From assembly GCF_006345805.1 (NCBI RefSeq), contig NC_043017.1:28954001-29018000 (forward strand): a stretch of 64,000 bases of DNA. Direction: 5' to 3'. The notes beneath the pieces are model-generated. The model saw nothing but the letters and a program-made list of their open reading frames with translations. It was not told where the DNA came from and did no database searches. The stretch is from Octopus sinensis (taxonomy: Eukaryota). Shown piece after piece: positions 11,666 through 24,360 of the stretch; position 1 is the stretch's first letter; each line of letters begins with the position of its first letter. The translations under genes were made by a program, and so were the position numbers.

Positions 11666-13264
11666 AAATTTCAACAGCTATTAGTCACTTCTACATACAT
11701 ATATCTGTCTATTGGTTTCAGGCTACGTTCATTGCGTTAATGAAGAATCGCTTCCGGAAGTGAAAGTCTGTGCGTCTGATGAAGGCCAACATGCCCAAAA
11801 TTCCAAGATGGCCGTGCTAGTTTGCTGCAAAGAAAGGTCTTTTAGTGTCTTTTCTCATTTGTAAGTGAACACTTCGATAAATTAACATAATGATTTCCTC
11901 CGTCATATAAATATGATCTAGCTGCTGTGCCATATGTTATGTAATCTAGTATTTCCTTGTTTTGTTGTAAAAGATTGTCGGGCAGTTTTTACAGAATTAA
12001 ATCCCTCGTAGTTGCTTTTAAGATATCCCGTTTTTAGTATGATTTATTATCACTCAGCAATATAGAAATTTTAAATAAAGTATGATAGAGAAAATACCTA
12101 AATTCATGCTAGACGTAATTGGCATTTAGTATTTCTTTTCAAATCTCTCAAAAGCTTACCTTATTTTTTCCCAATTTCCTTCGATGAAATATATTACGAA
12201 CCACATTCTTGAGTCATTCAAATATTCTGTTCGTCACCAGCAAATTTATGGGGTTGTGCTAAAGATAGAAGTTATTACTGCTTCGTTCAAATCTTTTAGC
12301 CGTTCTGCTCGTCTGTTAAAATGTTCCCAGGTGAACTAGTAACATTAGCACCGGAGAACTTTGGGAACTGGTTTTAAATCACCCCTGCAGGTAACTATAC
12401 ATGAAACTGCTAGTTTTTGTTAGCTATTCCATTAAGTACCTTTCGATATTCAGGCTGTTGTGTATTTTGTTTGACTTGGGAAAGACATTGCATGTTATTC
12501 CCCAACATTTATCGAATTCTAGAATGATTTTATTATTTGCAGTTCAATTCGACACGGATATAGAATATTTTTTGTTTCTTACGAGATTAAAAGTTCATGT
12601 TCAGAGCCAAAGAATATGTTTGGAATTGATTTTATCCGCTTAGTTTCCAAGAGTTATTTCATTCAACGTTCTTCGTCGCAGCATGTTTGTTTGACACGAA
12701 TAACTTCGAATATACTTTTTTTTTTTAAATTTCAAAATGTATTCGTGAGAATTTTGAATTATTTAGTTCTTCAGGAACATATTAATGCTTCATCATGATT
12801 CGAAGGTGGTAACTCAAAATAGCTTCTTTATTTTAAATTTCTTTAAAGTTTGGGAAATATAAAATTATCAATAATTCTTTGTACAAATTTATTAGAAATT
12901 ATTAGATCAGTCCGGTTCACACAGCTGTGTAGCAGTGAGCATTTCTTTCTACATTTCTCTACAAAGGTTGCTCTCTTTTGCCTAAACACGTAAGACCTGC
13001 CTTGTAAATTGCAACACGAAGACATCAAATGCAATTACCGTCGATATACCTGTTTGAAGTAAGGTTGAATTTACCATAACAGGTATTTTAATGTCTATAA
13101 GTTCCGATGTCGCTTAAGACGGAAGATTTTAGCGGAAGTTACACTTTCATAGAATTTAACAAGACAAGTTTGTGGTTGTAATGATTAATGTTAAACCTAT
13201 GCAAGAATAACCCCATATATGTTTTCTGATGGTTGATACTTATGAAGAAGACTATTATTTGCGT

Positions 13265-13470
13265 ACACAAACATATACAGACGCATACATATATATATAC
13301 ATATATACGACGGGCTTCTTTCAGTTTCCGTGTACCAAATCCACTCACAAGGCTTCGGTCGGCCCGAGGATATAGTAGAAGACACTTTCCCAAGTTGCCA
13401 TGTAGTGGGACTGAACATGGAACCATGTGGTTGGTAAGCAAGCTACTTAACACACAGCCACTCCTACGTC
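13265..13470 (-). mobile_element. SINE family A, 5' half
   Basis: tRNA-like head and body up to the internal microsatellite. Confidence 0.88.
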
Positions 13471-13474
13471 TATG

Positions 13475-13548
<74 letters not shown>

Positions 13549-13813
13549 GCAACAAAATAAAGGAAAGGAGTTCCTTCAAAGGGGTTTGTAAATCATCGAA
13601 TACATCGGTACGTCAGTTGAATACCACATAAATAAGGGTATAATGCAAATTGCAAACAATATATTTGATAGTGGGATTCAATTTTCAATGCAATAGTTTA
13701 TTTATATCATAATATAACAAAATATACTATCAATATAAAGTAATATACGATAACATAAAATATCATTTAAAAAACCAAGGTGCTAATGGTTTGCTTCGAC
13801 TTATATATATATA

Positions 13814-14209
13814 CTAGCAGTATCGCCCGGCGTTGCTCGGGTTTGTAAGGGAAATAACTATATAAGCATTTTTAGAGATGTAAAGTATAATAGCCATCTC
13901 AATATGGCTAACCACAAAGGGGGGTGTTACTGTAGCTTTTTACGTTCTGAGATTTAATAATAAATTTTTAGAGAGTTACTTCCCTTATATAATAGCGAAA
14001 AAAATGCATTAAAAATGGAAAAATTGATGGTAATTTTTTTTTAAATCGTACACTCATCGTAGACGCGCGCTAATACCCAGAAGGGCTCGATATGAATCAC
14101 GACTATAAGATACCTGGTTTTGGTTAAACTGCACCGCAAAATGTGGGAATAGTTAGGAACTAAATCGTAGGAGACAGACAGCACACAACCTCACTTTTAT
14201 ATATAAAGA
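13814..14209 (-). mobile_element. Non-autonomous Helitron (about 396 bp)
   Basis: Minus strand begins A|TC at 14209 and ends with the hairpin CCCGAGCAACGCCGGG then CTAG|T at 13814; no TSD. Second copy at 62857-63247. Confidence 0.9.
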
Positions 14210-14960
14210 TATATATTTATATATATATATTGTTTGATTTATAAATAATTACATCCACTTATATAAGTCTCATCAGAGCTATGGTTTAAAGACAAACGAG
14301 ATTCCGTGTGAAAGGATTGTAAAAAATATTAATTAAATTGCCTAAATATTATGAGCGTGAGAGCTTACCTTTCACCTACATAACAGTTATAACAAAGAAT
14401 ACAAGAAAACTATAACGGGCAAAATAATTAAGTAAGTAAAATCTACGACTATCGGATATATTTATATATATCTCCAATAATATTAATGTAAATTCGTTTA
14501 GGTCGAAGACAATCTTTGGCTATTTTAATTATATAAAAACAATATATAGGTATATAGATTTAGTATCAGGTACTTAATTAAACTACGGCTTGTGATAAAA
14601 CGTGTAAATATATATTAATGATAATTATACTATTATATTAGCAATATATTACAATTAAAGTTCGTAAATTAATTAAAGTTGTTGATATTAAAGAAAATTG
14701 TTTATATAAAAAAAAATTGTTTAATATTAGGCGTGTAGGTTCTTGGTTTTGAGTGTTGAAGCAGCTGTAGGCGAGGAAGGAGGAGAAGAAGAAGAAGAAG
14801 AAGAGGAGGAGGAGGAGGAGGAGCGGGAGTAGGAAAAGAAGAGAAAGAATAAGAAAAATACGGGTGCATTATAATTCTAGCAGGTTGTTGGTGAAGTGCT
14901 CTTAAACAATCAAAACCAAGAATCAACATCCTTCATATTAAATATTGCACCAGACCTATA

Positions 14961-15370
14961 GGCGCAGGAGTGGCTGTGTGGTAAGTAGCTTGCTAACCAA
15001 CCACATGGTTCCGGGTTCAGTCCCACTGCGTGGCATCTTGGGCAAGTGTCTTCTGCTATAGCCCCGGGCCGACCAATGCCTTGTGAGTGGATTTGGTAGA
15101 CGGAAACTGAAAGAAGCCTGTCGTATATATGTATATATGTGTGTGTGTGTGTTTGTGTGTCTGTGTTTGTCCCCCTAGCATCGCTTGACAACCGATGCTG
15201 GTGTATTTACGTCCCCGTCAATTAGCGGTTCGGCAAAAAAAGAGACCGATAGAATAAGTACTGGGCTTACAAAAAATAAGTCCCGGGGTCGAGTTGCTCG
15301 ATTAAAGGCGGTGCACCAGCATGGCCGCAGTCAAATGACTGAAACAAGTAAAAGAGAAAAGAGAAAAGAG
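14961..15370 (+). mobile_element. SINE family A, full length
   Basis: GGCGCAGGAGTGGCTGTGTGGTAAG...GGTTCAGTCCC head; tail GGCGGTGCACCAGCATGGCCGCAGTCAAATGACTGAAAC(AAAAGAG)n; possible AGACCT TSD. Confidence 0.95.
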
Positions 15371-15620
15371 ACCTGCTACTACCTACATACCGAGCCTTCA
15401 CATAAGTAAAAGAGAGAGATGTAAAAAAGGAAAATGCCCGATATATTTGATAAACTATGGAAATGTATCTTAAAACATTTCATTTAATTTTTCCGCAATT
15501 TAATTGTTCTTCATGCTTCATTCTAAATTGAAAAAGTTACAAATTTGGAACCGGTGCTAAAATGTTCTTCATGGTAACATTGTTTTAGCATTTTCTACCT
15601 TGTCTTATTTTCCTTATACA

Positions 15621-15651
<31 letters not shown>

Positions 15652-15654
15652 GTG

Positions 15655-15693
<39 letters not shown>

Positions 15694-16069
15694 TGAAATG
15701 GATAAATGAATTATCTTGTTACGGATTATTCAAATTATAACCGATACCTGGGTAGCAAAAAATCACAACAGAAAAATCACGGTTGAGGTTACGACCATGG
15801 GGCCTCGCAACCGTGCCTTAGTGCGGATAATTGAAATTTTATATATTTAGTGAGGGAAGAAATGGAGCTGAACGAAGATTTTACAAAATTCCTTTTCATT
15901 ATTTTCTACATATGTTTCAAAGGCTGCAAAATCTCTAATTCGGATTGAATAAGGAGACCATTTTGCAGCTTTCTCTTTAGGAAAATCCAGGAACTTAAAT
16001 CTCCAAACAAATGCGCAGTGATTTTTTCGACAAACGCTCTCTAGGAGCCCATGGTATATATATATATAC

Positions 16070-16402
16070 AGTTGCAGCGTGGAATGTGTTTGTAAGCCTT
16101 TTAAGAAACACACAAAAGCCGTTCGATTCAACTTCAACAGTTATGTTTAATTAGTCAAAATATTTTCGTCGCTAAAATCCGCGACCTATTCACTGACAAA
16201 ATCCGTGCTGCACGGATTTTTGTCAGTAAACAGGTCGCGGTCTTAAAGCGACGAAAATATTTTGACAATTAAACTTAAATGTTGAAGTGAATCGAACGGC
16301 TTTTGTGTGTTTCTTAAAAGGCTTCCACACACCTTCCACGCTGCAATTGCTTTCGTTTCAGCACACGATCTCAGATCAAATCACTTGCTATGCGAGTACA
16401 TC

Positions 16403-16405
<3 letters not shown>
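16070..16405. mobile_element. Foldback (palindromic) MITE-like element, copy 1
   Basis: 16072-16346 is a near-perfect inverted repeat centred on ATCCGTGC-T-GCACGGAT (16209), with about 60 bp of unpaired right extension; embedded in TA. Confidence 0.85.
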
Positions 16406-16491
<86 letters not shown>

Positions 16492-16701
16492 TATATATAC
16501 ATACACATATATATGTTGCATGTATGTATGTATGTATAAGGAAAATAAGACAATATATATGCAAACACACACACACACACTTATCTGTGATATATGTAAA
16601 TGTAAAAACACATATACAGGCAGACTTCGCTATATATATATATATATTATTATATATATATATATATATTATATATATAATATATATATATAATATATAT
16701 A

Positions 16702-16740
<39 letters not shown>

Positions 16741-16765
16741 TATACATATATATATGTGTGTGTGT
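16406..16765. repeat. TA/CA microsatellite cluster
   Basis: Direct repeats. Confidence 0.93.
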
Positions 16766-17400
16766 CAATGTATATAAACACATCGTGAGAGTGATTAGAG
16801 AGAGAGAGATGGAGATGGTATCTTTTTTACCAAATTGCATGTGATCTGGGTTCGTAGGATTGGATACGAAATCATGTGTTCTGGAAGCGAACCTATCGTA
16901 TATTTAAATTTGAATAATTAAATCTGAGACGTTTGTTTTTTTTTGTTTTTTATGTACACATATATCACTGTGTACACTTTAATGTAATTTGTGATGGATG
17001 CAGGGAAATTGTGCCGCAGGACTTCTCTAAAATTTATGGACGTACCTTCATTGGTACTATTACAGTCTAGTAGAGGAAAGGGAATATAACAGCTTTGATT
17101 TTATGAGTGAAACCGTTCTTACACTACGTGACTATTCCACTTTGGGCACCAGATCAAAGCGTTCGCGAACGAAGTAAAACAGCGTATTATATAAAAGATC
17201 GGTACGTTAACAGGGAAGACGATGAGGTGAATACAGGGCGATAGTAACCATGGGAACTAAAACATATGGAGCAAGAAAACATACAAAAAAATTACGAAAA
17301 TTTGTAAGCAAATGTTTAATTCGATTGAGACATATACACCATGAACAGACACTCGCACACACACATACACACAAATATACATAGGCATATATTTGAATAT

Positions 17401-17481
<81 letters not shown>

Positions 17482-17488
17482 TAATATA

Positions 17489-17803
17489 GGGGAAATTTTA
17501 TCAATTAATTTAATTAATTAATTAATGATTTTAACAAGTAGATCGGTACGTTAAAATAACCTTTATAGGTAAAATTATCCATATAATTATAATTAGGATT
17601 CAGCTAATTGTTTCACCACATACAGAATTTAGAAATAGGAGTTAAAATTCCTTTACTGCTACTATAAGAATCTCCATAGCGGTAAACATACTTTTTTACG
17701 AAGGCAAATATAAAAGCAATGAATTACCACGCCCGGGAATAACTATATATGCGTTTCGAGATTAAGTGATTTAGATTTTACTTACTTCTCTCTACAGTAT
17801 AGT
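17489..17803 (-). mobile_element. Penelope pseudo-LTR-like repeat with a decayed hammerhead motif
   Basis: Homologous to 6513-6710. Minus strand 17803-17742 reads ACTATA-CTGTAGA-GAGA..TCTC-GAAACGCATA-TATAGT. Confidence 0.55.
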
Positions 17804-17804
17804 A

Positions 17805-17847
<43 letters not shown>

Positions 17848-17856
17848 TATATATAT

Positions 17857-18180
17857 AATTGCAGCGTGGAAGGTGTTTTTAAGCCATTTAAGAAACACAC
17901 AAAAGCCGTTCGATCACTTCAACATTTAAGTTTAATTTATCAAAATATTTTCTTCGCTTTAAGACCGCGACCTGACAGATGCAGCACGGATTTTTGTCAC
18001 TGAACAGGTAGTGGTCTTAAAGCGACGAAAATATTTTGAGAAATTAAACTTAAATGTTGAAGTGAATCGAACGGCTTTTGTGTGTTTCTTAAATGGCTTA
18101 AAAACACCTTCCACGCTGCAATTGATTTCGGTTCAGCACACGATCTCAGATCAAATCACTTGCTATGCAAGTACATCTCC
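17857..18180. mobile_element. Foldback MITE-like element, copy 2
   Basis: Same family as 16070-16405; palindrome 17857-18123 with a small central deletion and the same right extension. Confidence 0.85.
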
Positions 18181-19167
18181 GTAATATATATATATATAAT
18201 CATACACATTTATATGCGTATGTAGTTGTACATTTATATACATATATATGAAGAGAGTGATTGAAGGAGAAAGAAATGAGAAAAGTGAGAATATCGTATT
18301 CTGTATAGCTACATAAATACATGATTGTAGAGCGAGGAGATGAATGGATGAAGCATTAAACATACGCATAAAGTATTTTTTTCAAAGACTTTGTGAAACT
18401 TGAAAATGACTTCGCCGTGTATTCCGTCTGGCAGAATTTCAGTTTCTTAAACTTCATAGTTATACAATCAATAATCTAGTGGATTAACCTGTTTAATACG
18501 TTTTCTTTTGTTATATAAATTTATTAAATATTTATCATCTATTATATAACGTGCCAATATATTCTGTCGTATATCTAGAAAATATAACAATAGAAAAATT
18601 CTTAGTATATATCACGTTCTGTCAAAAGACGCAGTGGCTGAAGTTAATTGACATTTTGTCAGTCAACATAAGATAAAACAAAACAGAATATAACGTCCTA
18701 TATATGTAAAGTTTAAATAGAATTTTATTTTCATTATTAATAAGACCAGACTGCATTTAACTTCAAAATGAGTCTATATTATGATCATGGAGGTTAAACT
18801 TTATTAAATTTGTTCCAACGTCTAATGTGTCTCAACTTGATTTACATTTAATCTTTATTTATTAATGTTTTAATATATTCTGTATTTAGTTCCGGTTCAA
18901 AATTACCATGTCAATGAATCTCAACTCTGAATGGTTCATCTTTAAATTGGTTTTATTAAGTGCCATTTTGAAATCATACTTTGCAAGACGTGTTCAGCGA
19001 TGCAAATTTGTAATTGTTGTAATTAAAATACAATAAAATATATTAGTCACTAATTGCGATTTTAAGTTTCTTATAAGAATACAAATACAATAAACGACTG
19101 ATAATTGCATACATATATGCAGGCACGTATATTCCCCGTATGCATATATGCACTATATCACACATAG

Positions 19168-19710
<543 letters not shown>

Positions 19711-19820
19711 TATATATATATATCATATAATATGTATGTATATATGTATGTGTGTACCTATGTATGTACGTATGTATGTACGTATGTATGTACGTATGTA
19801 TGTGTGTGTGTGTATGTATG

Positions 19821-19851
<31 letters not shown>

Positions 19852-20274
19852 GTATGTGAACTTCAAAACGTGAAGTGACCGTTAGCTAAGCTCTGTGATA
19901 TTTCATAGCGTAAGAAACCATATATAGATATGATTGAGTTATAATTTAAACCTCTTCTACTAAAACCGCAAATGGATTTTGTAATCTGCAAGGTATGCAC
20001 AATATGAATAGCACAATGCCACAATTACATTATAGCTGCAACATGTCTACATACATAATGGATAGAATTTAAGGAGAGTTCATGAGTTACCACATGATTA
20101 CTTTAGTTACGTTGAAGTAGTTCTTATTGTTGAAAATAGCTTTACAGTATAGACGAATACGTATCTTGATAGAAGAAAAATTTGCTATGACGGAAATATG
20201 CAAACATTGTAAATAATAACTAAATAAACTTATATTCTATAAGGACAACTTAAACTCTGTTGAAATATCTCCAA

Positions 20275-20634
20275 GTTTTCTGTCTTTAACTTTAAAATTA
20301 AAGTCTCGGAAATTATCATCCTGCCTGATATCAATAATGGTGTCTTACCTCACGAAATGAAAAAAAGCAGGTAAATCAAAATGAAGTATATTAATTTTGA
20401 GCGGTGTTATACTCTTTTACTCTTTTACTTGTTTCAGTCATTTGACTGCGGCCATGCTCGAGCACCGCTTTAATCCAACAACTCGACCCGTCATTTATTC
20501 TTTTGTAAGCCCAGTACTTATTCTATCGGATCTCTTTTGCCGAACCGGGGACATAAACCGGGGACATAAACACACCAGCATCGGTTGTCAAGCAATGCTA
20601 GGGGGACAAACACAGACACAAACACACTCACGCA

Positions 20635-20674
<40 letters not shown>

Positions 20675-21000
20675 TGCGACGGGCTTCTTTCAGTTTCCTT
20701 CTACCAAATCCACTCACAAACTTTGGTCGGCCCGAGGCTATAGTAGAAGACACTTACCCAAGGTGCCACGCAGTGGGACTGAACCCGGAACCATGTGGTT
20801 CGTAAGCAAGCTACTTACCATACAGCCACTCCTGCGCATATATGGGCAAATTAAACTCTTTTGAAAAGTTTTCTGTCTTTAACTTTAAAACTAAAGTCTC
20901 GGAAATAATTGTCCTGTCTTATATCAATAATGGTCTTACCTCACGAAATGGAAAAAGCAGGTAAATCCAAACGAAAGATATACATTTTAAGGAGTGTTAT
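20275..21000 (+). repeat. About 135-bp direct repeats flanking a SINE A
   Basis: AAGTTTTCTGTCTTTAACTTTAAAA.TAAAGTCTCGGAAAT...CTTACCTCACGAAATG..AAAAGCAGGTAAATC at about 20275 and 20867. Confidence 0.85.
20410..20837 (-). mobile_element. SINE family A, full length
   Basis: Matches the family A consensus. Confidence 0.93.
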
Positions 21001-21213
21001 GTACAAATATTTAATTTATATAATAGAGAGGAATGGATTGGTCACCTTTTCAGTGATTGTAGTAAGCCAGCTCAAAAAGTGTATAAATGCATGCCTGAAC
21101 GTGTAGATTGAAGAGCGTAGGGAGATGCTTGCCGAGTGCGTGTAGCGTAGAGATAACAGGAAATTTTTATGAACACCAATAAGAAACTATGACAGAGCGC
21201 ATATATTTTTTAA

Positions 21214-21581
21214 TACTTTTATTCTCTTGTTTCAGTAATTTGATTGCAGCCATGCCGGAGCACCACCTTTAGTCGAACAAATCTACCTCAGGGGTTATTC
21301 TTTGTGATTCTTGTACATATTCTATTGGTCTCCTAAGTTACGGAGACGTTAACACACCAACATCAGTTGTCAAGCGACGTTGGGGCGACATATACAGATA
21401 CACAAATACATACATACATATATACATGCTTACAGTTTCCGCCAACCAAATCCCCCCACAAAGCTTTGGTCGGACCGACGCTACAGTAGAAGACACACCT
21501 TCAAGGTACCACGCAGTAGGACTGAACTCGGAACTATGTGGTTGAGAAGCAAGCATCTTACCACACAGCTACTCCTGCGCC
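21214..21581 (-). mobile_element. SINE family A, older diverged copy
   Basis: Degenerate match across head, body and tail. Confidence 0.85.
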
Positions 21582-21584
21582 TAT

Positions 21585-21842
21585 GTCTCGGAGAGACGCA
21601 ATACAACAACACTCGCAGCATAGGTATGGCACCTAAAGGATGACCATACGCCCTTTAACATCAGGAGGAAATTACTGGAAACTTGTTGATCTTGTCGCAA
21701 TGGAACACGACTATGTAAATTGAGTATGACAGAAAGATATATTATACTTATGAACTCACATGATCAAGGAGGCTACCTGAGCTCCAAGACGGAAGCCGTA
21801 GGGAGTTGTCCACTTTTTCGGAAATTTTTACTTCAGAATTAG
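21585..21842 (+). mobile_element. Penelope-like element relic, C-terminal GIY-YIG region
   Basis: VWHLKDDHTPFNIRRKLLETC*SCRNGTRLCKLSMTERYIIL...LSSKTEAVGSCPLFRKFLLQN* follows the PLE C-terminal pattern W.LKD....I.WK...C.LC..EKY.I...LN.R.E....C.H as I recall it. Confidence 0.75.
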
Positions 21843-22047
21843 AAAACCTAGCTAAAAAGTGAATGAACACAACTCGCCCGGCCATAATTTTCTAAGAGGA
21901 ATATTTCTTGAACTATTACCGGCGTTCTTGTGTTTAAAACCATTCTTTACAGAGACCGGTTATCGTTCAGAGAAACTGAAGTGATGTCTAGTTCACGCTG
22001 GATATGTAACCTATGTTTTTTTCTAAACTATTGCGTTACACATACAA

Positions 22048-22107
<60 letters not shown>

Positions 22108-22634
22108 GATAATAATGATGGTTATGATGATGATGACAGATTCTCTTGTGAATGACAAATAAGGGCTCCGTAAAATAAAGCGTTAATCATACTCTATAGA
22201 CACGAATGTGTCGCTTGGGGTCCTACTGGTGCCTTGCAAACCTTTTGATAAATTGAAGAAGTTGGGGGACTCTGCTTGAGTGCCTGTGGAGCATTCATTA
22301 TCTGTTTTTGAGTGAACAGCTCGGCCTGCTTTGCGTCCTGCCCACAAAATCACAATGACAAGTAAGGTTCCCATTCCGAGGACCAGCGTTCAGCCAGTGT
22401 GGCCCCATGCTTGCTCGAAGTGGGGCCCGATGCTGGAGTCGTCTTTGCTCAGATCTTTGAACTCAGAAAGAGGCAGGACGTGACAGTACCTGCGTTCTTC
22501 CCAAGTTTGTTAGTGTGTCTGCGTGTGGTTGTCTGTGTGTGTGAATATGTGTGTGTGTTTATGATATGCACAGTAACATAACTTCTAGTTTAGGTAAAAG
22601 AACATGTAATCTATATTTTTTTTTTTTTTTTTTG

Positions 22635-22849
22635 TACTTGTTTCAGTCATTTGACTGCGGCCATGCTGGAGCACCGCCTTTAGAGTGGTGAAAGAGTACA
22701 GCAGGGATCACCACTATCCCCTGCTGGAGCCTCGTGGAGCTTTTAGGTGTTTTCGCTCAATAAACACACACAACACCCGGTCTGGGAATCGAAACCGCGA
22801 TCCTCCGACTGCAAGTCCGCTGCCCTAACCACTGGGCCATTGCGCCTCC
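22635..22849 (-). mobile_element. Short chimeric SINE: family C head plus family A/LINE tail
   Basis: C head and body (22849-22684) fused directly to TAAAGGCGGTGCTCCAGCATGGCCGCAGTCAAATGACTGAAACAAGT and poly(A). Confidence 0.88.
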
Positions 22850-22926
22850 ACATGTTTACTATACATTAATAAATATAACAAATATTAGAGTTTAATGATT
22901 TGCAATTAATTTACTTATATATCATA

Positions 22927-23305
22927 GGCGTAGGAGTGGATGTGTGGTAAGTAGCTTGCTTACGAACCACATGGTCCCGGTTCAGTCCCACTGCGTGGCA
23001 ACTTCGGTAGGTGTCTTCTGCTATAGCCTCGGGCCGACCAATGCATTGTGAGTGGATTTGGTCGACGGGAACTGAAAGAAGCTCGTCGTATATATGTATA
23101 TATATATGTATATGTGTGTGTGTTTGTGTTTGTCCCCCTAGCATTGCTTGACAACCGATGCTGGTATGTTTACGTCTCCGTAACTTAGCGGTTCGGCAAC
23201 AGAGACTGATAGAATAAGTCCTGGGGGTCGATTTCCTCGACTAAAGGCGGTGCTCCAGCATGGCCGCAGTGAAATGGCTGAAACAAGTAAATGAATAAAT
23301 GAATG
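22927..23305 (+). mobile_element. SINE family A
   Basis: Head to tail match with a small internal deletion; (AATG)n tail. Confidence 0.92.
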
Positions 23306-24214
23306 AAAAAATAATCTATAATGGAACATTATTACTTTTAAAAACAGTAATGACTACATGACGAATGCTGCGTCACGGCTGAGGATGACGGCGTTAAATA
23401 AATATATTCGTCTCTCACAACTCCTGACAATACTTCTTTATAGTTACACACCGTAGAAATTTCATTCATCGAATTTTCTGGATTTCAGCGGCAGGACACT
23501 TCGTTTACATTTTCCTGTGTTGTTGTCTGATAGTTCAGTCCGTGAGAGGAGATTTTTGAACTAGTTACGCGATTCTTCATGTATATATATATATGTGTAT
23601 ACCAACATATATTTTGAAATATATATCTGTCATTTTGTTGGCGATTTGAATTGAACGCAATAACTACTCTATAGCAACTTCATTTTATGTAGAAGATCAT
23701 ATCACTTTACATAGTATTACTCTAAAGGGGACGCATGATGTGGGTCGCTGAGCTTGGGAGATCAAGCGGCAAAGATGCGACATGTGAAAGATTTCTGCAT
23801 GACTTCAGCCCGTTTGTCTATATTTGTATTTGAGACGAGATTAGAACAGCAGCCTTTCTGATCGGACAGAGCGTCTACAGAACAATTGCCGGACGACCGC
23901 GTTGACATTTACACTAAAGAATGTCTGTTGTTATACTATGCCAAATTAAGCTCTATAAACGCTTCACTTGTACAGAAGTAACAATTTAAACCCAACTATA
24001 TCTCTCTTGTGTCACAGTTTATACGTCAATAAATCAACTCTTCATCAGATAGGTAATTCACTACTGTCTCATTTAGCGAATTATCACGCATCGAATCGAT
24101 AATTAAGACGATAATTAAACACAAGTATATGAACTATTATGAATTAAAATCTAACATTCGCACACACACATATACACGCACTCACATTTGCTATCTCAGA
24201 TGAATATATATGTA

Positions 24215-24272
24215 CGCGTGTTTGTAGTGCGTGCGTGCGTGTGTGTGTGTATGTGCGTGTATGTCTGTGTGT

Positions 24273-24320
<48 letters not shown>

Positions 24321-24360
24321 TTGTGTGTGTGTGTATGTCTGTGTGTGTGTGTGTGACGTG
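24215..24360. repeat. (TG)n microsatellite
   Basis: Direct repeats. Confidence 0.95.

Noticed and set aside
11770-11815. CTGATGAAGGC..GCCCAAAA as a hammerhead
   Set aside because: The required GAAA after stem II is CAAA, and there is no stem III or cleavage triplet.
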